Shown: piece by piece, positions 14,804-28,900 of the stretch
Layout: each line of letters opens with the position of its first letter
Numbering within the stretch: the stretch's first letter is position 1
Assembly (NCBI RefSeq): GCF_022539665.2
Contig: NC_081331.1
Coordinates: 2,604,001 to 2,668,000, forward strand
Direction of reading: 5' to 3'
Origin: Daphnia carinata
Taxonomy: Eukaryota
Length of the DNA stretch: 64,000 bases
Translations under genes and position numbers: made by a program
The notes under the pieces: generated by a model
Seen by the model: only the letters and a program-made list of their open reading frames with translations
What the model was told of the DNA's origin: nothing
Databases searched by the model: none

Positions 14804-17800
14804 AATCGTTCGGGAACTGTCGGGACTACTTCGTGCAACCACTAGATGCCACTAGCTATCAAATAAAGACGCAACCCAAAGCCTTTATTTAAAAAAAAGC
14901 AAAAAAAAAAAAAGTATAGATCCAATAGCATATCGCTAACCTTATGGCCAATTGATAGGCTTTCACATTAGCTCTCCGTGCGCAAACACATGATATCTTA
15001 TTCACGTCAATCGATTGCACGAATATAGTAATGAAGAAAGCAGAACAGCGAATGACGCGTCTGTTATCTTTTGTCTCCGTGTCTTTTAACATGCTCCGTT
15101 GGCAAGACAACGGCGTCAATAACAATCGATTAAGTCATTACGTATACAGACATGTACATGCGAAAAATGTAGATGAAATTTATATTTCTCCATGTCTGGA
15201 CCTGCCCGAGGCCATCTGTTTGCTACCGGATCAACTAACTATAGTCTCCAACAAGGATCGAATCCTCCCCATCATTGCGTAACAGTAGAAGAAGATCCTG
15301 GACTAGTCACGTCAGCTATCCTGGTAGATGGCGTAATAATTCCTTACATGAATAGCGAAAAATTGCAAAAAAAGCTTCGCATGTTAAGTCGTCGTGAATT
15401 TTATCTAAAGTCTTATATTAAATAGTACAATATTTCATTATTATATTGACATAGCCATAGGCGAACAACGAAGATATGTATCAGTCTATATCTTTATCAC
15501 ATAAAGGCGCACCCCTTCAGTTCCAAGTTTCTTTTCTTTATATCTTTCTATACACACTATGTAATGTAGGCCTGCTGTTGTGTACTAATCGGTAATGGAA
15601 AAAAAAATGGGAAAACTCTATAAGGAGCTTATTCAAAGTAGGCCGATTGGAAAGTTCTTATTGTGTCAACGCTGCTGACTGTGCTTGGTGACAAAACTTG
15701 CTTTTCATCCGACAAAAAGGGCGGAACAGGGAAATCATTTGACGGATAGATACCGATTATACCCTGGCCGACATCAAAAAGCTCAAGAAGAGACTAAGAA
15801 ACAGAGTATCCGGCTGCTAAAAGCTTTTCAAACCGGGCACCGTCTCTCAAAACATGAACAACATTTCTGGTTGTATGATTGCATCTACTATGAAGCGTAA
15901 ATATTAGTATACTATACGCCAAGTTAACATGCGTAGTACGCGTTTATTGAACAAGTCTTTCGTTTCTCTACTACAAGGCCGTGGGTTCAGCAACAACTTT
16001 TCCCCAGTTTATGCTGTCGAGTGACGTAGTATACTCTTTATGGCCTAGGACGTAGCTATGTATGCATAAGCATGTCGGCTTTAGGTGAGACTGTGGACGT
16101 GGCTGCGATGATTGATGAGTGTGGCAGGGCGTGTCAAAATTCTATTGTATATGTAGTCCGTGTTTTATAAAGGATTTAGACGCTAGGCTATGCATAGACT
16201 TGTATAAACTGTTTGTGGCACACATAACCAACAAGAAAAAACTGAATAAACTAAAACATTAAATCTCCTTTTTCTTTTTAGTCAATACTTCACTATTAAA
16301 TTCTAATTTGCAATATTTTCTGAAGATGATTGGAACTACGGGAACGAACGCGCAATTACAGTTCGGATCCTTGAGATTACTATAGAACTCCCCCATTATT
16401 GTTTTCGCCTCCAATTATACATAAACACGAATTAGAGAATGCATTAATTTCCTTTTCTTCAACCAATTTCACGTTGTGTCGTTCTAACGTGGATTAGTTT
16501 AACGCCCGAAAAATAAAAAGCTTTATCCAAAAACAAAAACGTACGAGGAATAAAACCGAGTAAACGGAGATTACTTTTCGATCAACAGCGTTCACAAAGA
16601 ACAAAGCAAACAAAAAGAAAGAGAAGCAAAACAAAAATAAGAAAAAAAAAGGAATTACGAACAAAACAAAAAGAAATGTTTTCGTAATGTTATGCTAGTA
16701 AGTGTCTGGAGCTTATACGGACACAACGAACGTGTTGTGCTACGCAGTAAAACATAAGAACAGTGTCTTAAATCAGCTGAATGTCTCAGAGCATGAGAAT
16801 CTAGAGGAAATAGATTGTATTGTTTGTTCTTAATTGGCCAGCAGTGACCCAATAACGGATTTTCACGAAAACAAAACAAAAAGGAGGGGATACTAATAAA
16901 ACAGAGTTGACAGATGACGTATTCCAGCCGGGAGTATAATAAGCGGCAATTTCAAGATAATGAAGGACGGAGGAGGGGGGAGGGCCACCGTCAGTTTTAA
17001 TATACAAGAGAAATACCAGGCAAAAGACAAAATTTGGGTGAGGGATGCAGTCTGAGAAGAGATAAACGACAACAGCAGGCGCACTGTCACCCTTGCCTTT
17101 TCTTTTGAATATAAAAAAAACATGCAATTATTGTAAATGCGAAAGGCATCACATCTGGATATTAAAACTTGTGGAAAAGAGAAGCAACGGAATGTAATAA
17201 AGTTATAGACAAACACTGGGACTGGGATTGTGTCAACGGCTCATATAAAGTCTGTCAGGACGCATTTCTGGAAATCGATTTTCTTTTTTTTTTTTTTGTT
17301 GTTATATAAATACACACACACACACACTTACACACATCGATGGTTGCTGTGTAAATTGTCAGCTCGAATGCCTTTTCCTCTCTTAAGTGGCGAATTTTTG
17401 GTGATAGGGTGTACATGCATAAATATTTTTTTTTTTTTTCTCGCCAAAATGTTTGCGCTGCTAATGGGAAGAACCGCAGAAAATATCAAGTTGTGTATCA
17501 CTCAACTTTTCGTTGAAAGGATTCCAACCTGAAGATATTGGGTGCTGGCGCTTGTGTGTCTATTCAACCTGAAATAATGCGGTCCTCCACGAAAGCGACT
17601 GTATTTCAAGCGAGAAATTTTCTACACTTTACAGTAGACTTAGAAGTTATAATTAAACACTGAAATATACACCACAGCTTGACGAAACATCATGATGACA
17701 CCTTTGGGTATGCACACAGTATCGATTACCGAAGGGGTAGGGTAGATGTTAAATCAAATAAAAAATACGCAATCGGCCAATATCACCGTATAATAACTGA

Positions 17801-19183
17801 TGTAAGGAAACATTGATTTAAACGAATCCGGATTGATGTTTTAAAGAAAAAAGTCAGTAACAGCTGCCCATCATATTTGCTTGTACGGTTTCATCTTCCT
17901 AAGTGTCCATACATATTGTCATCGTTTCATATGATGGTGACACTGAGGCCATACCAGCTGGCCAGACGCAAATATCATTTACACGTGAATCTTTGCTGCT
18001 CCTTTTGGCCGTATTTGTCAGATTTAAAAAAAATTGTAGTAATAATAAACGCGTAGATTCAGATCGAACGGTTGTGTATGATGCATTTATGTACATGTCA
18101 AATTGTAAAATACAAATGCAGTGATAGTGAGTGGTATAGGTAAGTATAGGTAATAATACACATCAGAGCGTCTATACACACAATAGGCGCCTATATATTC
18201 AAATAAAGAGGAAAAAGAGATATGATGGGGACACGGACAAAAATTTGTTTTTTTTCTTAAATAAATTTCATTTTGTAAACCAGCGAGAAGAAAAGGGATA
18301 AATCAATAAAAAAACAAACACAAAATTGAAATTCAAGTCTATTCAAATTTTAAAAAAGGAGGCCTGGAAACTGAGGGATGTCGTATTATGGCCGGACATG
18401 GCGTAAGATGTTATGCAATTGTTTTTCTTCTCGTCAACTTGAATGGTCCCTCTCCAAAAAACTATGACTGTTCTCTACATTCTTTTCTCGTTTTCACTTC
18501 CTTTGTAATCTGCAGCTAATAGCGTCTCCCTCTCGATTATGAATGATCACCGTACCAAGAGATTGCGCCCATGTTTTTAACTGTAATATACAAACAGCGC
18601 ATAGTTTGAAAGAGAGTTTTGGTTGTGTTTGCAATGTGTGCCTGTGTGTCCCACAAAAGTCGTTCCTGTTCATCCTTTCCCTTTAGCTGGCTTATCATTT
18701 TATTGAAGAGAGTGGACGGATCGATATTGTTGTTTGAAAAAAAGAAACAGCCATTCTTTATTTTGTTCTTCTACATGCAAATATTTGGCTAGAAAAAGCG
18801 CACAGTAATGCCCTATGTTCGAGACCAATTTAATCGTTTCCTTCCTCTCTTTTCCCCCTTTTGTCCCCCTCAGGATGTGTTTTGCTTTTCGAAGGCTAGA
18901 CGCAGAGCTTTTAAATGAGTTAGAAGTGTAGAAAAAAAAAAAAGACAAATGCTCAATTTTCTTTCCCTCCCCCCTTTTGGTTTACAGACTTGGAGGTGGG
19001 GAAAGCAGCAGAGAAGTATTTTCAATGTACCAACCAAAATGATAACTCGTTCACGCTAATACGCGTTCGCTAAGCTTCTCCAAACTTATAAGCTCCCGCT
19101 CTTATTCTCACGCAAACTCAGGCTGATACGCTCCGGTAGACTAATATCATTTACAGAGAGGCTCATCTTGCATAGAACACAGA

Positions 19184-19186
<3 letters not shown>

Positions 19187-19217
<31 letters not shown>
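19187..19217. repeat. (GA)n microsatellite downstream of the eag stop codon
   Basis: About 15 perfect GA units. Confidence 0.9.
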
Positions 19218-19219
<2 letters not shown>

Positions 19220-19980
19220 GAGATGTACATTTTTTAAATTTATTTTTTCGTTTCCTTCATTTTCTGTGTTTGGCTTTCTTTTTTTCAGATTTTTGAGAGG
19301 GAGAGAGGTGAGATTTGCATCAAGCTCATTTCAATAAAGTGCCTCAAAATTAGGCGCTCTACCTTGTATGGCCGAGCTATTTGAAATCAAAGGCGTATAG
19401 ACTAGAAATGTACTCGTCCCAAAATAGGAAATGAAACAAACAAAACAAACGGGATTGAATAAAACTCGACGACTCGAAGTTGAGCGCTCACTAATTGATC
19501 ATATTGAATAGAAAAATTATGGGAATAATTAAAAAGAGTAAATAGGTAAAAAAAAAAAAAAAAAACATAAATAATGAGTGAGATGATCTAAAAAATGAAA
19601 AAGGAAAACAACAGAAACCAGAGCAAAACACGCATAATAATAACAACATTTAGAATGGGAAAAAGAGAGCGGGGTGAAAACAATTGAAGACTAGAGTGGG
19701 GGGAAAAATGAATAATAAGTTATACACGTCATTTCATGATTGCATTCTGTCTCTTTGTGATGACGTAACATTATGTACATGTGGTGTATATGTATAGATA
19801 ATAATAAAAAAAAATTCTATTCAAATTGAGATTTAAATTGTGTGTGTAAATTCAATCCATTCTGAGTCGGATCTCTCTCCATTGCCCACCTCGTCCAATT
19901 AATTATTGAATAAAAAATTATTACCATAAGTTTCACGAATTATTGTCATTTCTCTTGCAGAAAAAAAAAGAATCAAACTG

Positions 19981-22900
19981 TCAGACGTACTCTTGAAATT
20001 GTGTCGTCAACTTGTCGGCCGTTCCCGCCGACCTCGGACGGCTTCGACTTCGAGTGCCACCGGCGTTGCCGATTTGCGGCTTCCCGCTGCTGCGTCCGGT
20101 CGGGCGCGAACTAGCGCCACTATCGATGTCAATAGCTACAGGAGTGGCTGTTGCATCGGCGTTGCCCGGCACGTTCAAAAACGGCTGCGTTGCTAAAGAG
20201 GGAGCCACGTCTGATGGAGCGGGAGCGACTTGAGCGTGACGGACGCGGCCACCGGGCGATCGGGCGCTAGGTAGAGGTGGAGGCGGCGGTTTGACGGGCG
20301 TGGCGGTGGCCGCAGCGACGCTGGCCGGCGTCAAACGGACGAGGATCTCTCCCAAAATGTCCTCCAATCTGGACATTTTGTGATTAATTCGTTGGACTTC
20401 GCTGCGCACTTCTTGCTTGAGCTCTGTGAACGAATCGATGATGGACGAGGAATCGGACCTCGTCATCTGCCGCTGCGAATGGCTAGCGGGCGGATTGTAA
20501 TCCGCAGACACGGTTGTGCTGAACGCTTGGCTGGCTGTAAGCCGGCTCCGATCCAGCGGAAGGGCTTCGTCCACGCTCGTTTCCTGCCTCTCCGGCACTC
20601 GACTCAACTTGGGATGGATTTTGTTGCCTGAGCCGGCCGATTGCGCTCGACCGCTCGCCGTCGCTGTTTCAATCATTTTTAAAGCCGCCGTCGCTGCCGG
20701 ATTGACCGCCGCAGCTGTTGTTTGCGTACTCCCGCTCGCCTCGCTCTCTTGTACAGCGTCGCTAGAGCCGGAACTACCGCGCATCATTCTACCCCATTTA
20801 CTTTTTGCCGAACTGGCCCGAGATCCGTTCGACATTGTTTCGTCTTCCTTGACGGCTTTCACGAGTCCGATCTTCTCCCGACGGGGGCTACTACTTCCCG
20901 AACGAATGTGCTGTTGCCCAGCGGACAGATCGAACTCTCCCGACAGTTGATGTTGAAGCACTTCACCCCGTTCCACATCGCGGCCACTGTGGCTCGGCGT
21001 CCCGGCCTGCGAGCCGCACGGACCGTTGCTATTGGCGTTGCCCACGGTGGGTGCCGGAGTACTCGACGGAGGCGCAGCGATGCCAGACAGAAGATTGCCG
21101 GAAGAAGTGGACCCTCCTTTGCGGAATCGAGAGAATATTTTGCGCACCAAATGATCCTGATTTTGGTCTAATTTCGGCTCGTTTTTACGACGCTCCGCCA
21201 GTTCCTTCTCCCGTTTCATGTCCGACACTTTTCGAAAGATCAGCTGATTAAAGAAATCAAACAAAAAGTAACTCAATTATTATTACATTTTGTCTGCGTA
21301 TTTTTTTTTCCTTCGTCGATGTTTAGATAGAGAGGAAAAAAAAAGGCACTCGGGACTTCTTTGCCATCACGAGGGTCTTTGCGTGTGACAATTGAAAAAG
21401 AAAACCATAATAAACAAAAGAAAGGGAGTACTGTATATATATGTTACTAATACGCGTCAACGGATACGCCTGACAAAAGCGACACACGTCGGCCCGGAAT
21501 AGAAGGTTGATTGTATAGAAACCCGATCGGCTTTTTTTCTTTTCGTAACGGGTCATCTGGACGTCAAGCAAACGTGAAACCTGTCTCTAACACTAACGCA
21601 GCCAATCAATTATACACTAGACATTGTCTTTGAACCTGCACAGCACACTTATTTTTAGAGCCTTCTTTCTATACAGTTCGAACGTATAGTAATAACGTAA
21701 TGATCAATGCAATTTTTGATCAATTAAACAGACCGGCCATCTAAAATTCAACGACCGCAGTTGGTGCAGGCACATTTTTGTTTTTACAGGGGAAGTCTGT
21801 GTGCGGCTGTTGCGATGCTCATAAATGACGCAGAAAAAGGTGACAGGGGGTGGAGGAAGACAAAGTTAGATGGAATAAAAAAAGAAAGCGAATGCGTTCT
21901 TCTTCTTTTTTGTTTTTAGCGCAAACAAGGTATATAGAACAACTCCTTTTAGTTGGATCCCTCCGCCAGGTTTGTTGTTGCGACGGGCGGAAAGGCACAC
22001 ACATTTCAAATCGATATGCATATATTGGATTACGTCGGGGAGCGACGAGTCGGAAGCCAACTCGATAATGACGTACATACGAAGAGAAAAAAAAATGTAA
22101 GGCGATCTCTTTTTCGAGTTTTGTTTTCATTAGTTCTATACACGAGAGGGATGAAAGAGACGTCGCAAAAAGGACGAAGAAAATCAAAATTAATTGGATT
22201 TTTTTTTCTTACTCTGTGCCGCAGGTTGTAGGTGAGGATGAGATTGCGGGCAAAGGAATTGGCGAATGCGTGATAGAAATCCAAGACTTCGATGAGCTTG
22301 TCCCGTTTGATGGCGTGCAGATCGCAATAAGTCAATGCCCGGACGTTGGCTGCTGATTGACCCACCGTTCCTTCCTTCCAGAATGTGTCACCAAAGACAT
22401 CACCTTTACCTGTTTTACCCATTCGAAATGAAATTCAATATTCAGAAAATATTAGTCGGGTGTAATGCACTCGTGTTTCAATATAAACTAACAACTAGAA
22501 ATGCAAGCTGATTGTGCAAAGAAAACTAGCTAGCCATAAATCGATCTGTTCATAAAGTTCACTTTTGCAGATGACAAATACCTGTGGGAAAAGTAAAAAC
22601 GTAATAGTAAAAACCATCGTCGAAAAGAGTCAACTAGATCTAGAAAAGTTTTCCACGTTCCCTAACTTGGTCTCTCCGTTAGTTTTAACGTTTATTGATC
22701 ACCTGGGGAAAGCGAGAGACAGATATAGTGTGTGTATGTCTGTGTATTCCCTGCCGAGTATATATATATATACATATACAGGAGGGGAAGTACAAGCACT
22801 TGCATAGTGCTTCTTTTGATGTTTCTCTACGCAAGCAATAAAATATATAGACTGCGCGTATTGGTGCTGATGGTTTGCAGTAGTCGTTACGTCTACGTGA

Positions 22901-25900
22901 AACACTCCAGCCGAAACAAGAAAGATCCCCCCGGTTGGAAAATTTTTTATAAGAAGAAAAGCCTTGATCGTTTCTTATTAAACACATGTGTGTACAGTGA
23001 GACGAAGAGGAACTCCAGCGAGTTCCATTACGTTTTTTGTCACGTCGTTTTTTCACTCTCCAGTTATTCCAAAAATATTTTCTGCGCTTCAAAGGTTTTT
23101 TTTTTCCTACTCTCAGCCATTCCGCTCGTATCAACGAGCAAAGCACCGAGTGAAATTCTGATTTCAATCTCTTCGTTCTCGCTTTGCATAGTACGCTCAG
23201 TTATATCAAAAGTATTCCGTTTCTATAGAGAGAACAAACTCAGCCGGTCTTTTCTTATTCAATGTACAGTCAAACACATACAAAAATATGGCGGCACGAT
23301 ATCCGAATCATAAAATACAGTCCCCCTTTCCTTTTTGTTCAGTTAAAGAACATGTCGATAAAATGTTTAGCAATTTTTTTTGAACGCACAAAGAGATCAA
23401 CAAATGGAACACTATTTCTGCTTCTATTAACAAACTGGTTGAACGTTAAATAGCGTAGCTTTTAAACTCTACGTATAGTGAAATACTTCCTAAGGCTATT
23501 ATAGCGCATTACATGCGGGCGTCCGTGTAGAAGGCGGACAGCGTGAAATAAAGACACGAGCTCTTAGCCGGACAGGCGATCACGATTTTCTAGTTTTCTC
23601 TCTCTCTCTCTCTCTCTCTCTTTCGCTGGTTTCTAATGGGAATTTAACGACCACCGGTACTCCCCGCCTTTTTATATAGCCATACACACACATACAGATA
23701 TACACGAAGCCAGTTGGGCTAATTACACGGGCACCACAACAGTAGAACCGGACCGAAAGGAGAAAAAAAAAAGTTCTTGTTTTGCCATTGTTGGAAAATA
23801 GGTCTTACGGGTTTCCGTGTACAACGGGCAAACTTGGAAAGAGCACGCACATCAAAGTCCCGTCTTTTCCAGTGCCGCGTGTTTCGGCAATCGTTCTTAC
23901 AGACAAAAGGTTAACGACTTGTATCTCTCTGTTGTCCGCCTCTTTGATATACATTGAATGACGGGCGTCCAGCATCGATTTCTTGACCACCTAATTCCCA
24001 TTGAACCCATTCTATTTTTAGGTGTTTTTCAAAGCATAGAGAAAACGATTTTCGAGAATCAAATGGCCGTCATGCAACGGGCCGTTAAGGCAACGTCATC
24101 CATCCTGATGATTCTTTCACGAGAGCCACTCTTCGTGCTGGCAGGCGGTTTTAAGTAAACATACAAGTTTCAGGAGGCTTTGTATACACGATAATGGTTT
24201 TTGAGGAATGGTATGCATTGGATTCTTACCCAAAATGGCGACGACCTCGTCGTCCTGGATCACCTCCAGCGATCCCGTGACAATGAAGCACAGCGTGTCG
24301 ATGGATTCGCCCGTGTGGTACAGCAGGTCGCCCGGCGCCGAATGGGCCATCGTGAAGTGCATGGCCAGGGCCCTGAGGCAGCCGTCGCTGGCCAGCCGGA
24401 AGGCCGGATGTTCGTTGAAGACCTTTCGATTGAGGTGGACACAAATGTCGGCCTTCATGTCCTTGGGGCAGTAATTCAGCACCTAGTTGCCGTACCCAGT
24501 ATACCGTACCCAGTGTAGCAAATCAAATGAAAAAAAATATAAAAGAACATTAATGAGGGGAAGCAAGTAACATAGAACGATGACCAATGATTATTGCATA
24601 ACTACCTTTAACTCAGATAAAATTATTTACTCCGATGTAATACAATACTATTCGAGTGTTACGCCCATGGACGTTCGTGTCCACTACCCATCTTGACATA
24701 AGAAATCGACCAAGGCAAAGAAAAGAAATAAAAGGAAAGTACTTTTTTGTCTTTTTTTTTTTTTGCTTATCCACTTTGGCGACGTCTCCGACGCCGTCTA
24801 AAATAAAAATGGGTCAGCGGGACTACCGTTGGGGGCTAGCAACCTTTTTTATCCATTAGCAGGTGCCAATGCGTGCCATGGGGGTAATCCGTCCAACAAG
24901 AAAAAAAAGAAATCTATAAACCACAACGCCAGTAACAAAGAAGCGTTGCTGGAACAGGCCGAATATTGCGGACGAAAAGGGAGGTGGAATAACGGGAAAT
25001 GCCGAATGAGGATTGATACAACCGAGCGTATATATAGCAGAATAGAACAGACAAACATCAAGGGGAATCCGGGCGATCGATGCGAAAATATACACGAGGG
25101 GTCCCGCAAGTTCGCCACAACTGAAAAAGCGCCGTCTATTTCGTATGCAAACACGGGACGCGGCTACATCAGAACCCGTAGCCACTTTGACGCGCTCAAA
25201 ACACGAGAGAAAGGGAGAGAGTCTATACATAAAACGTATGCAAAACAATACGCGCTGGCAGTTTCGGGAGGGGGGCAAACGTCGTTTTGCCCTTATAGAC
25301 GGCAGCAGCGGGAGCGGGACGGAATATATTTAGAATAGCCTAGGGGCCTATGGCCGTTGCAAAGTTAGATTTTGAAAAGGGCGGAATTTCTTTTGAGAAA
25401 AAGGTCAATCGAATTTCGTGTGGCTTGTTATTTTTAGAACGTAGGCGGAATGAAAAATGAACAGGAGAGAGAACAAAAGGGCAGGTGAAATGTCCCGCAC
25501 GGGTGGAACAACCAATCATTTCGACGGGTTGATTGGATTTCGTTTTATTTTCTATTCCATTATTTAAATAGTCAGCTGTAATAGCACGACGGTGATGTAA
25601 TATATAAGATATCGGCTTTGTACCATGCAAGTATCGAGTCCTTTGGACATGGCCCAGGTGGAGACGACGTAGTCCATGACCCGCTCCGACAGGGCCCGAG
25701 GCACCTCGTTGAGTTTCATGAATTCGCGGACGTTGTTGAGCATCTCGTGGTATTTGGCCGTCGCCGACGTCATCTGCTGGATGATGGTCGTCACGTGACC
25801 GAAGATGGTCGCGTACAGCAAAGCTGAAATGGAAAGTTTAAAGGAGAAACAATAAGGCCTGCATCCACACATGTCATTTTCAAATGACGCGTTAAAAAAC

Positions 25901-28900
25901 ACAATTTTTCTTATTGATCAGCGCGGTTCACTAGAAGGCAAAGTAAGGGGACGATAAGCAAAACGGGTGACGTGATTATGATTAATGATGATGGATTCTT
26001 TTTTAAAAGAATATATATTTTCTTTGAAAAAAGAAACTGATTTACGGCCTGTGGTAACGCCCTTTATATCTAAAAAAAGCGTCACGTAATCAAAAGTTAG
26101 GCTATCTCTCTGTTTTTGTTACATATTTCAGCATTCCTAGAAAAAAATACGAAAGGTAAGATAAGATATGGAGTTGACCGCAAGCCTGGTATAGCACGCT
26201 ATTGCCAAGCAGGTCACGCCATCAACGTGATAATAATGGAACGCAGAAAGACCGTACGTCCTGCACGATCATTCCATGTCCCCCCTTTTTTTAAAGAATT
26301 TCTTTTTTTTTATTAAGAAAATAAATTCATTCAAATTAAGTAGCACGTCAACTTTATAAACCCCACCGGCGCTGTGTCGATGCTTCAATGAATTTCTTCG
26401 GCGCCACCAAAATCCAAAAAATTTCATTAAACATGTATCGATTTGCAAATAACAAAAAAAAAAAAAACGCTGGAATATTTATTCATCACTATGTTTGTTC
26501 CTATCCATAAACTGACGCGCCCAGCCACATCTTTTTTTTTCCCGTCTTTTGCTACTGGGGCGTCGGAGCGCGTCAAATTTCCGCTTTTGCGGAGCTCCTG
26601 ATGATTGCCGTCGCATTATACGTCCCAACATCTGGACGCAGGGAGACGCCCCATGATTAGTTCCACGTGCAAATAGAGAGCTAGCTGAGATTGAAAAAAA
26701 AGATAACCGGGCCGAAAAATAATCAAATAAGGTCTAGAAGGTATCTGGGTCTATGTGAAAAGAAACACAAAATTTCAAAAGAAAGAAGAAATCCTTGGAA
26801 ACTTTAGTCGATTCAATCCGTGCGGAGGATGATGAAAAAGAAGAATCTCTTCTATGTTTGTGTACTAAGTGATTTTATACGTATGTGTTTTATATCTACT
26901 AGCATATAGCTCTTTTGAAATAGAGACGTAATCGAATTTAACTAGCTGGGAATGATCGGGCAGCCGCAGCTGCTGGATCTTCTCACACGGATAACTTGGC
27001 TCTGAAATATCCGCATACATCCGTTTTTGCTCTGGATGCAATCGGGAGACGGAACCGAAAAGATTTATACAGCGGGGATATAACATAAGGCACACCATAA
27101 GCTTCTTTTTTTTTTTTTTCAATTCATAATAAATGTATGATGTTCTTCTCTATGTGTGTACTCACATCCGATGATCATCATACAGGTGGTAAAGATCTTT
27201 TCGTTGTCGGTTTCGGCGGCGACGTTGCCGAATCCGACGCTGGTCATGCAGGTCATGGTGAAGTAGAGCGCCGTGACGTACATGGTCTTCCTGGCCGGCC
27301 CGTTGACCAGCTCGGGCGAATTGCTGTGGTTGGACCAGACGTAGGCGTACGGCGATTGGGTGACGTTGGCCAGCTTCCACAGCCAGCTGTACTGGACGCC
27401 GTTGTCGGCGTCGGAGCGGCCGATCGAGTACCAGATGCAGGCCAGCCAGTGGGCCACCAGCATGTAGAAGCAGAGCAATAAAATCAGCATAGCCGCTCCA
27501 TACTCCAAGTAGCGGTCCAATTTGCGCACCACACGGCCCAGTCGCAATAATCGAACCACTTTCAGAGCGCTGAACAAACTCCCGATACCCTATAAATGAA
27601 CGAACGAGAAAGAAAGAGGGACTCGATTAAGTCCATACATGTTGTTGTTTAATTGGCTTACGATTAAAGTTTTTATCGGCCGTTTACTTTCATTAGGGCT
27701 ACGTTCCTTGATTAAGAGTACGCAGAGTTTGGAACACGAAAAAAATGAATTAGAACGTCGCGTTTAAGAGCAGGATGAATGTTAATGGCTTTTGGCTCCG
27801 TTCTTTGGGCAACAGCGGACCTTATGAACTATGTAGCCACTTCTCTTGGACGTCTGAGGAAAGGAATGTAACCATGGCGAGGGAAAACCTGTCTTATTTT
27901 GACACCAAGTCCGTTCGTCTTACAGAACTTAATTTTTATTATTTCTCATTTTTTGACGTCGCTACTCCCATTCATTTTGCTCTCCCTTTCTTTCGCATTA
28001 TTTCCTTACTTACGCATATCCATTATTTTCTTGCTGTTTCTTCTTTGTTCTTTTTTTTTTTTAATATTATAGTTTCTCCACCCTTCCATTTGCCCGGAAC
28101 ATTGATCTCGTTCCACCATCCGCTCTATTTATATAGCGGGGCACGACTGGAAACATGAGGAATAACACGGGGCGTGTTCATCATTCAACAGCACGCTGTT
28201 ATCATAACGCATTGCTACACCTCCCCTTTTCGCTGTTGGCATATATAGTACGCACACATAGATCCATCGGCGAGTTCGGACATCTATATACCGGCCGTCA
28301 TCGTATCCGAGCTAACGAGAGATCCGTCCGAAATCAACAAACATCGTAGGTGGATAGGGTGCGGCTATTGTTAATATACGCATCGAGTATAATAGGTCGG
28401 CCCCCGAACATCGGTGAGGGCGAAAGATATAAGACAGGGCAAAGCGATCGAACGAGGTACATACGGGGCAACGTACATATACACACACACACATATTTGT
28501 GCAAGGTAACATTATACACAACTCAACATAGTGGACGCTTGAGCCTAGTGGATAATGCAATGATGGACGGACGCCTTCCCAAACCCAAAAGGCCATCTAA
28601 ACAATGGCGGAGCATTGTGAGGTGGTGATAAAAAAGGGGGAACCTGCTGGTCTCGTTGGGTGCGATTCCCAGAATACTAAGCACACGGGCGAAAACTTTC
28701 TTTTTTTTTTTTTATTTCTCTCTCGTTTTGTTGTTACTTTCACCATCGGGACAGAGTTATTACACACACACACACTATGTGCGTACAATATTATCTCTTT
28801 TTTTCCCCTTTCACGATGCTATATCCTGTTTGTTGTTATTATTGTTGTATTATAGTCCATATAAGAAGACGTAGAGTTTTCCTTTTTTTGCCCTATAGTG

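Noticed and set aside
24490..24514. Direct repeat CCGTACCCAGT x2 beside an eag acceptor
   Set aside because: A small local duplication with no spacer array or TIR/TSD context; not CRISPR or a mobile element.
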